Positions 9,789 to 19,317 are shown, counted from the first letter of the stretch. The stretch is 64,000 nt of DNA from Bacteroidales bacterium (GCA_017617035.1 JAFZWV010000009.1:21374-85373), one strand, 5' to 3'. Program-made: numbers and translations. The notes: generated by a model not told the origin, from the letters alone.

Positions 9789-11459
9789 CTACTGGGAGAG
9801 GAGCGACTGGGCGTTGGCGAGGGCCTCGGGGGTGATCGTCGCGCCGGACAACAACCGGGCGATTTCGGTGACGCGGTCGGAGCCGCGAACTTCACGAATA
9901 GTTGAGACGGTGCGGCCGGACGCGTCGTCGCTCTTTTCGACGACGTAGTGGGCCGTGCCCTTCGCGGCGACCTGCGGGAGGTGCGTAATCGCGAAGACCT
10001 GCATGTCGCGGCCCATCTCGCAGATGAGGGCGCCCATTTTATGGGCCGCGCTGCCGGAGACGCCGGTGTCGATTTCGTCGAAGACCATGGTCGGCATGCC
10101 GGCATAGCGGGCCATCATGGCCTTGAGGCAGAGCATGATGCGCGAGATCTCGCCGCCGGATGCGCATTTCGCGAGGTCGACGGGCGCGGTCTTTCCGGTT
10201 GCGCTGAAGCAAAAGACCACGACATCGGTTCCAGTCGGTCCGGGCTTGCCTTCGCTTAGCTCGACCGTGAACATGGCCTTTTCCAATTCGAGGCCATGGA
10301 TGGACGATTCGAGCGAGGCGGCAAGACGAGGAGCGGCGTCCAGGCGGGCTTTATGCAGACGGGCGCAGACGGAGTCGTAGGCCTTCGAGGCTGCCTCCAA
10401 GTCCGCCTCCAGCGCCGCGACCTTCTCTTCGAGCGAGCTGCCGTCGAAGAGTTCCTGATTATAGCGCTCGCGAATCTCTATCAACTCGCTTACCGAGCGG
10501 ACATTATGCTTGCGCATGAGCTGCAGGAGCAGCGAGATGCGGTCTTCGACCTCGGCGAGCCTTTCCTGCGACAGGACTACGGACGAGCCGGTGGTCTCAA
10601 TTTCGGAGCAAATGTCGTCGAGCTCGATGCGGGCTGAATCGAGGCGTGCCGAAAGTTCGGAGAGCGAAGGGACAAACCTGGCGGTCTTTTCGATGAGGCG
10701 CTGGGCCTCACGAAGGGCCGCCGAAAGGTTCACGGCCTCAGACGAATCGGCATCGAGCAGCGAGAGCGCCTCGGCGAGGTTGGTTTTGATCTCCTCGGCG
10801 TTGGCGAGCTGCTTCTGCTCCTCTTCGAGTTCTTCCATTTCGCCGTCACGCAAAGCGGCGCGGTCGAGCTGCTCCCACTGGCTGCGGGCATAGTCGCTGT
10901 CGGACTGCAGACGGCCGAGGCGCTCGCGGGCTTCGGCGAGTTCGGCGCGGACGGCCTGCAGGCGCTGCCAGCAGGCGGCCGCCTCCTCGCGGGGCCCGCC
11001 CAGCCCGGCGAAATTGTCCAGCAGCGACAGCTGGAACGCACGGCTGGTGAGCATGAGGCTCTGGTGCTGCGAATGAATGTCGACGAGCTGTCCGGCGATA
11101 TCGGACAGGAGCTGAACCTGAACGGGCGAATCGTTGATAAACGAACGCGAACGGCCGGTTGAATGGACCACACGGCGAATCAGCAGACTGCCGTCTCCCC
11201 ATTCGACATCAGCCTCGTCGAGAAGAGCCCTGATTTCGGGAGAGTCGTCGACTGTAAACTCCGCTTCAACCACGCAGCTGTCGGCGCCGGCCGAGATGAT
11301 CGACGCGTCGGCCTTGGCGCCCGTAAGGAGCGACAAGGCACCCAGCAAGATTGACTTGCCGGCGCCGGTCTGGCCGGTAATGATCACAAGACCCTCCGGG
11401 AACGTGATGTCGAGAGAGTCTATGAGCACGTAGTTTCTGACGTGGAGGGAGCGGAGCAT
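9789..11459 (-). CDS. recN: DNA repair protein RecN
   Basis: ITGQTGAGKS Walker A, ASGGEISRIML, FDEIDTGVSG and ITHLPQVAA. Confidence 0.96.
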   Translation of the reverse strand: MLRSLHVRNYVLIDSLDITFPEGLVIITGQTGAGKSILLGALSLLTGAKADASIISAGADSCVVEAEFTVDDSPEIRALLDEADVEWGDGSLLIRRVVHSTGRSRSFINDSPVQVQLLSDIAGQLVDIHSQHQSLMLTSRAFQLSLLDNFAGLGGPREEAAACWQRLQAVRAELAEARERLGRLQSDSDYARSQWEQLDRAALRDGEMEELEEEQKQLANAEEIKTNLAEALSLLDADSSEAVNLSAALREAQRLIEKTARFVPSLSELSARLDSARIELDDICSEIETTGSSVVLSQERLAEVEDRISLLLQLMRKHNVRSVSELIEIRERYNQELFDGSSLEEKVAALEADLEAASKAYDSVCARLHKARLDAAPRLAASLESSIHGLELEKAMFTVELSEGKPGPTGTDVVVFCFSATGKTAPVDLAKCASGGEISRIMLCLKAMMARYAGMPTMVFDEIDTGVSGSAAHKMGALICEMGRDMQVFAITHLPQVAAKGTAHYVVEKSDDASGRTVSTIREVRGSDRVTEIARLLSGATITPEALANAQSLLSQ

Positions 11460-11471
11460 GGCCCGAAGGAA

Positions 11472-11804
11472 TTAGTCTTCGAGACCGTCTTTTCCGGAAG
11501 CGGCGGTACGATAGTAAAGTTCGCCGCGCTTGAACTCCTCGATAGCGATGAGGTCCGGTTTCGGAAGGCGCTCGTAGTACTTGGAGATTTCGATCTGCTC
11601 CTTGTTCTCGAACACTTCTTCCATATTGTCACGCTCGTTGCGGAAATCCTCGAGCTTCTTTGTGATTTCTTTTTTCTCCTCGAGAGCGATCTGATTTGCC
11701 CTCTTCGAGAGGATGACTACTGTTTCGTAGAGGTTACCGGTAGGAGCCGCGAGTTCCTTGGTGTCGCGGGTTACGGTGTTGGTAGGTACTTCCCTGATAT
11801 CCAT
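11472..11804 (-). CDS. rpoZ: RNA polymerase omega subunit, Bacteroidetes type
   Basis: GNLYETVVILSKRANQI and EQIEISKYYERLPKP; downstream of bamD as is usual in Bacteroidetes. Confidence 0.85.
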   Translation of the reverse strand: MDIREVPTNTVTRDTKELAAPTGNLYETVVILSKRANQIALEEKKEITKKLEDFRNERDNMEEVFENKEQIEISKYYERLPKPDLIAIEEFKRGELYYRTAASGKDGLED

Positions 11805-11860
11805 AATAAAAAAGTTGTTTCTATTATGGATACAGTATCTGCGAAACGGAAAGTTTCAAA

Positions 11861-12649
11861 TTATTTATTTCTGATTTTTTTGTAGAGTCCGTCCAGCTCT
11901 TTGCGGTGGGCAGATTCGGGATATTCCCCTATGAAGTTCAGATAGTCGTCGGCGAAGACCATATAGCGCTCTTTCTGCTTCTCAGGTACGCTCAGACGGG
12001 CATAGTGATATGAAGACATAGCGGCATAATAGAGGATTTCTTCCCTGTATGCGTTGTCGGAATCTTCTTTCAGAACATTTTTCAATGCGACACGGGCAGC
12101 CTTGTAGTCCTCCATCTTGTAGTAGAGTTTTGCGCTCTCATAGGCCTTTCTGTCGAGCCTGTCGGAGAGGTCGTCGAGCATCTTTTCGCAGATGGGCCTG
12201 TTGGCCGAACGGGGATGGGCGATGAGATACTCGCTGATGGCGGTAATTGCCGTGTAAGTAGGAGTCTGATCGAGCTCATAGCGGAGAGTCGAACGATAGA
12301 GGCAGTCTATGCGCAGGAACTCGGCGCTCTCGGTGAACTCGCTTGCGGGGAAATTCTCGATGAAATGTTTGAAGTTGGCCTCGGCCGAATAGAAATCTTT
12401 CTGGTTGTAGTTGCTAAGGCCCCAGTAGTACTGGACGGTGTCGTCACGCTCGGTTCCGGAAGTGAGCATAGAGAGCGATTCGAACAGTTGGGCTGCACGC
12501 TGATACTTGCCCTTATTGAAATAGTCGAAGGCGGCGGCGTACTTGTCGTCGGCCGATCCGCTCTCGAGAAGTTGTTCATACTGCGACTTGCAGCCGACGC
12601 CCAAAAGCGCCGCCGCCGCAAATGCTACAATCAGTAACCTATATTTCAT
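11861..12649 (-). CDS. bamD: Outer membrane assembly lipoprotein BamD
   Basis: Lipobox LGVGC, TPR-like helices, ELDQTPT motif. Confidence 0.88.
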   Translation of the reverse strand: MKYRLLIVAFAAAALLGVGCKSQYEQLLESGSADDKYAAAFDYFNKGKYQRAAQLFESLSMLTSGTERDDTVQYYWGLSNYNQKDFYSAEANFKHFIENFPASEFTESAEFLRIDCLYRSTLRYELDQTPTYTAITAISEYLIAHPRSANRPICEKMLDDLSDRLDRKAYESAKLYYKMEDYKAARVALKNVLKEDSDNAYREEILYYAAMSSYHYARLSVPEKQKERYMVFADDYLNFIGEYPESAHRKELDGLYKKIRNK

Positions 12650-13544
12650 TCTTCAAATATTTTTCTGCTTCAAGCGCGGCCCTGCATCCGTCGGCCGCGG
12701 CTGTAATCGCCTGCCTGAAATCCGTTCCGCGAACATCTCCAGCGACAAACACGCCCTTAACTGCGGTGCGAACACCGTCCGACACTATATAACCGTCGGC
12801 ATCTGTTTCAAGCTGTCCGCCGAGCCACTCGGTATTCGGATGACGACCTATCGCGAGGAAAAAACCGTCGAGAGCAATATCAAAAACCTCGCCATTATGC
12901 TCGAAACGAGCGCCGGTAACACCAGAATCATCGCCCAAAATCTCCTTGGTAACCGTCTCGAAATGGACTGTGATATTCGGAGTTGCAAAAACACGGGCCT
13001 GGCTTGCCTGTGAAGCGCGTAAATACGGCTTGCGCACTATCATATGGACCTCGGAAGCCAGACCGCTGAGGTACATGGCCTCTTCGCAAGCGGTGTCTCC
13101 GCCGCCAACGACCGCGACGCGCCTGCCGCGGTAGAAGAAGCCGTCGCAGGTCGCACAGGCGGAGACGCCCATGCCCCTGAACTTCTTCTCTGACGGCAAT
13201 CCCAAATACTTTGCACTCGCTCCAGTCGCCACGACGACAGTCTGCGCCTCAAGCTCAGTTCCGTCTTCCATCGCGAACTTCTTCGCCTTCAAATCGCAGC
13301 CAACTACTCTTCCGCGCATGAACTTAGCCCCGAGCTTCTCGGCCTGGGCCTTCATAGCGAACATCAGTTCATTGGCATCGACCCCGTCCTTGAAACCAGG
13401 ATAGTTCTCCACCAAAGTAGTAGTGGTAAGCTGCCCGCCGGGCTCCGGACCCTCAATCACAACGGGGTCCATAGCCGCCCTGGCAGCGTAAATCGCCGCC
13501 GTGCAACCAGCCGGTCCTCCGCCTATAATCAGACATTTAATCAT
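12639..13544 (-). CDS. trxB: Thioredoxin reductase
   Basis: IIGGGPAG, SACATCDG, GGGDTA and AGD motifs; start moved to the MIKCL ATG. Confidence 0.93.
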   Translation of the reverse strand: MIKCLIIGGGPAGCTAAIYAARAAMDPVVIEGPEPGGQLTTTTLVENYPGFKDGVDANELMFAMKAQAEKLGAKFMRGRVVGCDLKAKKFAMEDGTELEAQTVVVATGASAKYLGLPSEKKFRGMGVSACATCDGFFYRGRRVAVVGGGDTACEEAMYLSGLASEVHMIVRKPYLRASQASQARVFATPNITVHFETVTKEILGDDSGVTGARFEHNGEVFDIALDGFFLAIGRHPNTEWLGGQLETDADGYIVSDGVRTAVKGVFVAGDVRGTDFRQAITAAADGCRAALEAEKYLKNEI

Positions 13545-13552
13545 TGTTATTG

Positions 13553-13560
13553 CAAATATA
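13553..13560 (-). promoter_or_regulatory. -7 box upstream of trxB
   Basis: TATATTTG on minus, 8 nt before the ATG. Confidence 0.65.
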
Positions 13561-13562
13561 CA

Positions 13563-13666
13563 AATAATAAGCTTATGGTCTTTGGCCCCTATCGCTCGAC
13601 GACGCTGCTCGTCTGGGAGCGACCCTAGTCCGGGCAAATGGGGCCAAAGGCCATAAGCTTATTATT
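13563..13666. repeat. 104-bp element with 27-bp terminal inverted repeats (MITE-like or structured RNA)
   Basis: AATAATAAGCTTATGGTCTTTGGCCCC (13563-13589) versus GGGGCCAAAGGCCATAAGCTTATTATT (13640-13666), one mismatch. Confidence 0.8.
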
Positions 13667-14969
13667 CTATTAAATCACACAACAAAGTAGCCTGTGTGCA
13701 GTCTTTTACTCTAAGGCGAACATAGTCGCCTGCCTTATGAACCGAATCTGCCCAGACGCACATCTTATTCGAACCGGCGCGTCCGCAGAGTTCCAAAACA
13801 TTCCTCTTCGAAGGCCCTTCGACCAGCACTTCCAGTTCGCGACCGATATCGCGCTTGTTGCTCTCGAGCGAAAGCCTGTTCTGCAACTCGATAATCTCGT
13901 TAAGGCGCCTCGTTTTCACCTCGAGCGACACATCGTCGGGATACTTGCGTGCGGCAAGGGTCCCCGGACGCTCCGAGTAATAGAACATGAACGCGGCGTC
14001 GAACCCCACCTTCTCGAAGAGGTCGAGAGTCATCTTATGATCATCCTCCGTCTCCGAGCAGAATCCCGCAATCACGTCGGTCGAAATCGCGCAATCGGGC
14101 ATGATCTCGCGTATGCGGGCGACCCTCTCGAGGTACCACGCGACCGTGTAGCGGCGGCGCATCTTTTCGAGTATGCGGTCGGAGCCGGACTGGACCGGGA
14201 GGTGGATATGGTGGCAGATGTTGGGGTACCTGGCCATGGTCAGGAGCACCTCGTCGGAGATGTCCTGCGGGTTCGAGGTCGAGAAGCGTACGCGCATCGA
14301 CGGGCTCACCTCCGCGACCATCCCGAGCAGCTGGGCGAACGTGGTACCCTCGAAGTTGTACGAGTCCACGTTCTGGCCGAGCAGCGTCACCTCTTTGTAG
14401 CCCTTCCGGGCACATTCGCAGGCCTCGCGCACGATCGAACGGGCGTCGCGGCTGCGCTCCACACCGCGGGTATACGGGACCACGCAATACGAGCAGACGT
14501 TGTTGCACCCGCGCATGATCGAGATGAAGGCGGACACGCCGTTGCGGTCGAGCCGGACGGGATTGATGTCGGCGTAGGTCTCCTCGCGCGAGAGGATGAC
14601 GTCGATCTGAGGGTGGCCATCGGCGGCCGCTGCCAAAAGCTCGGGCAGACGGCGATATGCGTCCGGACCCGCGACCACGTCGACCTTTCCTCCGTTCAGG
14701 AGGTCTTCCTTCATGCGCTCGGCCATGCAGCCGAGGATTCCGACGATGACCGGGCGGGACCTGCGCTCCACGGCGAAACGGTCGATGCGGCCCAGTATCC
14801 TCTGCTCAGCGTTGTCGCGGATCGAGCAGGTATTTGCCATGATCACGTCGGCCTCTTCGATCGATTCCGTGCGCTCGTAGCCGGCCCTTCCGAGGATGGC
14901 GAAAACCACCTCCGTATCGGCCACGTTCATCTGGCAGCCGTAGGTTTCTATGTATACCTTTTTGTTCAC
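13662..14969 (-). CDS. miaB: tRNA i6A37 methylthiotransferase MiaB
   Basis: TYGCQMN, NTCSIR, radical-SAM CNNVCSYC and C-terminal TRAM domain; GTG start inferred. Confidence 0.93.
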   Translation of the reverse strand: MNKKVYIETYGCQMNVADTEVVFAILGRAGYERTESIEEADVIMANTCSIRDNAEQRILGRIDRFAVERRSRPVIVGILGCMAERMKEDLLNGGKVDVVAGPDAYRRLPELLAAAADGHPQIDVILSREETYADINPVRLDRNGVSAFISIMRGCNNVCSYCVVPYTRGVERSRDARSIVREACECARKGYKEVTLLGQNVDSYNFEGTTFAQLLGMVAEVSPSMRVRFSTSNPQDISDEVLLTMARYPNICHHIHLPVQSGSDRILEKMRRRYTVAWYLERVARIREIMPDCAISTDVIAGFCSETEDDHKMTLDLFEKVGFDAAFMFYYSERPGTLAARKYPDDVSLEVKTRRLNEIIELQNRLSLESNKRDIGRELEVLVEGPSKRNVLELCGRAGSNKMCVWADSVHKAGDYVRLRVKDCTQATLLCDLIE

Positions 14970-14974
14970 GTTCG

Positions 14975-15003
14975 CAAAGATAGACAAAAAGTTAGTATCT
15001 TTG
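14975..15003. promoter_or_regulatory. Back-to-back -7 boxes for miaB and the LEA-like/rpoN operon
   Basis: TATCTTTG on minus (14975-14982) and on plus (14996-15003), each 5 nt before a GTG. Confidence 0.7.
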
Positions 15004-15008
15004 GGGAC

Positions 15009-15470
15009 GTGAAGAAATTTGTACGCATACTGTTCGCGGCCGTTCTCGCCGTCGTAATTGCCGGCTGCTCCGACTCCCGCAATAAGTTCACCATCACGGG
15101 TGGCGAACTGGATTCGGTGCGTCTCAGCTCTCCGATTACCGCGGTTGTCAATGTCGACATCTCAAATCATTCTTATAAGGTGACGGTGAGCGATATCAGC
15201 GGCAAACTAAAGAGCAGTGGGACTCCCCTGCTGGACTTGAAGGCCGAAGATTTCACTATTCCGGCGAAGTCTGATTCGAGGATCTCGATACCGATTGAGG
15301 CCAGCCTTGAGCCGGGTGTTGGGCTGATCACCATAATGAGAACTCTTGGTGGCGGGAATTTTGAAGGAATGACCGTCGACCTTACTTTTACCGCTACAGG
15401 TTTCCTCGGTATTAAGAAAACCCAGACTTTGAATGATATCCCGGTTAAGGATATAATAGGATTGTTATGA
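15009..15470 (+). CDS. Lipoprotein, possibly LEA_2/WHy-like fold
   Basis: Last 153 codons of the 13737-15470 ORF; GTG-KKFVRILFAAVLAVVIAGC lipobox; VDISN...FTIPAKSDSRISIP beta pattern. Confidence 0.65.
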   Translation: MKKFVRILFAAVLAVVIAGCSDSRNKFTITGGELDSVRLSSPITAVVNVDISNHSYKVTVSDISGKLKSSGTPLLDLKAEDFTIPAKSDSRISIPIEASLEPGVGLITIMRTLGGGNFEGMTVDLTFTATGFLGIKKTQTLNDIPVKDIIGLL

Positions 15471-16048
15471 AAAGATTAGTGTTGATAGCTATCGCTGCGC
15501 TTTGCTGCTTCTCCGCCTTCTCTCAGGTTAAGGAGCCGGCACCTCCGGCAGGCTATAAGTATATAGACTCCGTAATCTATACTCCGGTGCCGCGCATCAA
15601 TGAGTCTCTTGCCGGGAAATCTATTTTCGAGGTTCTTCCCGGGAGGGTGAAGGTTCACCAGAGCACCGCGATCAGAAGTGCCGTTGCGTCACAAGTAGGA
15701 AAGAACAGAGCTCTGCAGACAGACGGCTTCCGCATCAGAATCTATTTCGACAACAAGCAGAACTCCCGCGAGGCTTCCACCGAGAGCGAGCAGCGCTTCC
15801 GCAGGCTCTTCCCCGGCTACAACACATACAGGACCTTCAAGAATCCCTTCTTCAAGGTTACCGTCGGAGATTTCAGGACCAGAGCCGATGCCCAGGTAGC
15901 TTTGCAACGCATCTCGAGGGTGTTCCCCGATGCCTTTATAGTCAAGGAGAAGATGAAGTTCCCGGTTATCTCGGACCAGGTCCGTGTGACGGTAGATACA
16001 GTCCGCATGCTGGTGCCGATAGAGCCGCCGAAACCCGCAGATGAATAA
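15467..16048 (+). CDS. SPOR domain protein
   Basis: Signal peptide; GFRIRIY...PFFKVTVGDFRTRADA...FPDAFIV. Confidence 0.8.
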   Translation: MKRLVLIAIAALCCFSAFSQVKEPAPPAGYKYIDSVIYTPVPRINESLAGKSIFEVLPGRVKVHQSTAIRSAVASQVGKNRALQTDGFRIRIYFDNKQNSREASTESEQRFRRLFPGYNTYRTFKNPFFKVTVGDFRTRADAQVALQRISRVFPDAFIVKEKMKFPVISDQVRVTVDTVRMLVPIEPPKPADE

Positions 16049-17453
16049 ACAAGGTCTAGCGTTAACCCAGCAGCAGGTTCAGAAACTCTCGCCGCTGCAG
16101 ATCCAGACCATCAAGCTAATCGAGCTTCCGGTCCAGGATCTGGAGCAGCGCGTTCGTCAGGAACTAGAGGAGAACCCCGTACTGGATGATACACCAGACC
16201 CCGATACGCCCGAACAGGAATCCAAAGAAATATCGCTAGATTCTCTGCAGGACGACTATATCCCCGATTACAAGACGCGAGTCAACAACTGGGGCAAGGA
16301 TCCCAGGCCGGAGTACAATACCTTTTCGGTTAAGACGGGTTTCCGCGATTTCCTTCTCGATCAGCTTGGGTTCAGGAATCTGACCGCCCATGAGAAGGCC
16401 GTCGCGTCATTTATTATTGGTTCGCTCGACGACGACGGCTATCTGAGGCGCGACCTCGACTCGCTGGTCGACGACCTGGCCTTCCGCGCTAATATTGAAA
16501 GCTCACGCGAAGAAGTCGAAAAACTGCTGGCGATAATCCAGACTTTCGATCCGGCGGGAGTGGGCGCGCGTGACCTGCGGGAGTGTCTGCTTCTGCAGCT
16601 TCGCAGCGCAACCCAGACTCCCGAAACCGTCAACGCGCGCCGCATACTGGAAGAGTGCTTCACCGACTTTACCGGCAAGCATTTCTCCCGCATACTGTCT
16701 CGTTTGGGAATTACGGAAGACGATCTGAAGGCTGCCATGAAGCGCATCTCGCGCCTCAACCCTTCGCCCGGCGGACAGGTCGACGACTCGTACAACGATG
16801 TCGCGGAGCAGATTATCCCGGACTTCATCCTTAAGCTCGACGATGCCGGCGATGTAACCTTCGACATGCCACGTTTCAATATCCCCGAGCTGCGCGTGAA
16901 TAAGAAATACGCCGACATGCTCGTGAAAGCGAGCGGAGGTTCCGACCGCGAGAAGAAGGAAGCGGCGGCTTTCGTCAAGGAGAAGCTGGACAGCGCGAAG
17001 TGGTTCGTAGAAGCCCTGAAGCAGAGGTACAATACCCTGTCGAAGACTATGCAGGCTCTTATCGATTACCAGCACGACTTCTTCATAAGCGGTGACGAAC
17101 GCGACCTGCGTCCGATGATTCTGGAAGACATTGCGAAGATTACGGGCTTCGATATTTCGACCATCTCGCGAGTGGTGAACAGCAAGTACATCGACACCCC
17201 TTACGGAGTGTATCCTCTTAAGTATTTCTTCTCAGAGGGTCTGGTCAATAAGGCTGGCGAAGAGGTTTCTACGCGCGAGCTCAAGAAGGTGCTTCAAGAG
17301 ATAGTCGACGCTGAAGACAAACACAAACCTCTGACCGATGAGCAGCTCGTCTCGGAGTTGGCTGCGAGGGGTTATATAGTCGCGCGCCGAACCATTGCCA
17401 AATACCGCGATCAGCTCGGAATTCCACTGGCGCGTCTGCGCAAAGAAATCTAA
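16041..17453 (+). CDS. rpoN: RNA polymerase sigma-54 factor
   Basis: Gln-rich region I, LEENPVL, DISTISRV, RpoN box ARRTIAKYR. Confidence 0.96.
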   Translation: MNKQGLALTQQQVQKLSPLQIQTIKLIELPVQDLEQRVRQELEENPVLDDTPDPDTPEQESKEISLDSLQDDYIPDYKTRVNNWGKDPRPEYNTFSVKTGFRDFLLDQLGFRNLTAHEKAVASFIIGSLDDDGYLRRDLDSLVDDLAFRANIESSREEVEKLLAIIQTFDPAGVGARDLRECLLLQLRSATQTPETVNARRILEECFTDFTGKHFSRILSRLGITEDDLKAAMKRISRLNPSPGGQVDDSYNDVAEQIIPDFILKLDDAGDVTFDMPRFNIPELRVNKKYADMLVKASGGSDREKKEAAAFVKEKLDSAKWFVEALKQRYNTLSKTMQALIDYQHDFFISGDERDLRPMILEDIAKITGFDISTISRVVNSKYIDTPYGVYPLKYFFSEGLVNKAGEEVSTRELKKVLQEIVDAEDKHKPLTDEQLVSELAARGYIVARRTIAKYRDQLGIPLARLRKEI

Positions 17454-17461
17454 TTTTTTTC

Positions 17462-17469
17462 TATCTTTG
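17462..17469 (+). promoter_or_regulatory. -7 box upstream of the fur-like gene
   Basis: TATCTTTG 5 nt before the ATG at 17475. Confidence 0.65.
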
Positions 17470-17474
17470 CCGGG

Positions 17475-17930
17475 ATGAGTTCGCCGCAACCGCATACCTG
17501 GGAAGACGCCGAGGCTTTCAAGAAAGCACTGAAAGACAAAGGTCTTAAAGCTACCCGCCAGAGGGTGGCGGTCCATGAAATTATGATGGAGCTCGGCCAC
17601 GCCAGCGCGGATCAGGTACGCGACGCCATCATCGAACGCGGTTCAGCCAAGGTTACTACCGCCTCGGTTTACAACATCCTCGCCCAGATGGCTTTCCTCG
17701 GAATATACTCACACCGTTTCAGCATAGGCGGAAAGATGTATTTCGATGTAGACCCCACCTGCCACCTCCACCTCTACGAACCTCTTACCGGCCAGTATTT
17801 CGACCTCCAGGACGAAGAACTCATGGAGTATATCGAGACCCGCTGCAAGAGGCGCCGCTTCAAAGGCTATAAAGTCGACGCAGTCGACATCCAGATAATC
17901 TGTCATCAATCACAGCCAAAGAAAAAATAA
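17475..17930 (+). CDS. Fur family transcriptional regulator
   Basis: GLKATRQRVAV, HASADQV, ASVYNIL and HLH motifs. Confidence 0.82.
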   Translation: MSSPQPHTWEDAEAFKKALKDKGLKATRQRVAVHEIMMELGHASADQVRDAIIERGSAKVTTASVYNILAQMAFLGIYSHRFSIGGKMYFDVDPTCHLHLYEPLTGQYFDLQDEELMEYIETRCKRRRFKGYKVDAVDIQIICHQSQPKKK

Positions 17931-17935
17931 TCGCT

Positions 17936-18589
17936 ATGCAAGTCATCAACATCGGAGAGAAAAGTTCGGTTCTCAACAGTTTCGTCGCACAGCTTCGCGA
18001 CAAGACCCTTCAGAAAGACAGCCTAAGGTTCCGCACGAACCTCGAGCGTCTCGGTCAGATCTTCGGATACGAGATAAGCAAGACCCTTGCTTCGAAGGAA
18101 AGGGATGTGGTGACTCCGCTAGGCACCGCACGCCTCAGCGTACCCGACGAGCAGGTTGTGGTCGCAACGATCATGCGCGCGGGTCTTCCGCTCCATGAAG
18201 GCATCCTCAGCTGCTTCGACGCTGCAGAGAACGCATTCGTGGCCGCATACCGAAAGTACGACAGCGCAGGTACTTTCCATATCCATACCGAGTACTGCAC
18301 CTGCCCCGACCTTGTCGGAAAGACTGTGATTCTGGCCGATACTATGCTCGCGACCGGTTCTTCAATTGAAGTAGCATACGAGGTCCTTCTGAAAGAAGGC
18401 GGAAAGTTCGCGAAACTCCACCTCGTCTGCCCGTTCGCCAGCGTACAGGCTATTGATTATCTAAACAAAAAGATGCCGGAAAACACGACCCTCTGGGTTG
18501 CCGCCATCGACCCTGAACTGACCAGCCACTCCTATATCGTTCCTGGTCTGGGCGATGCCGGAGATCTCTGCTACGGTCCAAAACTCTAG
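17936..18589 (+). CDS. upp: Uracil phosphoribosyltransferase
   Basis: IMRAGL, ADTMLATGSS and YIVPGLGDAGD. Confidence 0.93.
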   Translation: MQVINIGEKSSVLNSFVAQLRDKTLQKDSLRFRTNLERLGQIFGYEISKTLASKERDVVTPLGTARLSVPDEQVVVATIMRAGLPLHEGILSCFDAAENAFVAAYRKYDSAGTFHIHTEYCTCPDLVGKTVILADTMLATGSSIEVAYEVLLKEGGKFAKLHLVCPFASVQAIDYLNKKMPENTTLWVAAIDPELTSHSYIVPGLGDAGDLCYGPKL

Positions 18590-18612
18590 AACAACACATA
18601 ACAACTTAAACT

Positions 18613-19311
18613 ATGAAAATCAAAGACCTTTCGACGAGCGAAAGGCCGCGGGAGCGGCTTCTTTCCTCTGGGCCACAGGCCCTTTCCAATGGTGAACTAT
18701 TAGCGGTGCTGTTGCGCAATGGCACTTCATCTTGTAATGTGCTCGAGATGTCGCGCGGGTTGTTAGCTCAGTGCGGCGGAAAGCTCGTGAGACTTTCTCA
18801 GATGGACTTTAGCGAGCTTTCACGCGCGCCTGGGGTGGGGCCGGCGAAGGCGGCGGTCCTGCTGGCCGCCTTCGAACTGGGCCGGCGCTTCGCCGACGAA
18901 CGCGCCGGCGCCCCCGGCCGCATCGTCACCGGCGCGCGCACTATATATGATATGATGGTTCCCTACCTGAAAGGCATAACCCATGAAGAATGCTGGGTGC
19001 TGCTTCTGGACAAGCGAATGAGAGTGTTCGCACGCGAGCGCCTCGGCTCCGGCACGGCGGACGAAGTGCTGATCGAGCCCCGCGAAGTCGTCCGCCTCGC
19101 AATGAGCCGCGGCGCCCGTTCCCTCATCCTTGTCCACAACCACCCCGCAGGTAATCCTGAACCCTCACCTGGCGATATCCGCCAGACCGAGGCGCTCGGC
19201 CGCACCGCTACCGCCTGCGGCCTCCGCCTCCTCGACCACATAATCGTCTCCGACGACGCCTTCTACAGCTTATCAGACGAAAAAATCTACAATGTTGGGG
19301 TTGGCGTTTAA
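18613..19311 (+). CDS. radC: RadC/JAB domain protein
   Basis: ERPRERL, GVGPAKA helix-hairpin-helix, HNHPAG...S..D and LLDHII. Confidence 0.92.
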   Translation: MKIKDLSTSERPRERLLSSGPQALSNGELLAVLLRNGTSSCNVLEMSRGLLAQCGGKLVRLSQMDFSELSRAPGVGPAKAAVLLAAFELGRRFADERAGAPGRIVTGARTIYDMMVPYLKGITHEECWVLLLDKRMRVFARERLGSGTADEVLIEPREVVRLAMSRGARSLILVHNHPAGNPEPSPGDIRQTEALGRTATACGLRLLDHIIVSDDAFYSLSDEKIYNVGVGV

Positions 19312-19317
19312 AATGAC

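Noticed and set aside
13545-13637. N-terminal extension of TrxB shown in the ORF track
   Set aside because: It runs through the promoter and foldback element; the FAD-binding motif begins right after the ATG at 13544.
13737-15008. 5' part of the 577-aa plus-strand ORF
   Set aside because: Antisense shadow of miaB; only the part from GTG 15009 looks like a real lipoprotein.
18719-18736. TGGCAC...TTGT as a sigma-54 promoter
   Set aside because: It lies inside radC, the GG-N10-GC spacing is wrong and the -12 GC is missing.
18613-19311. radC as a marker of a mobile element
   Set aside because: It is the full-length chromosomal form among housekeeping genes.
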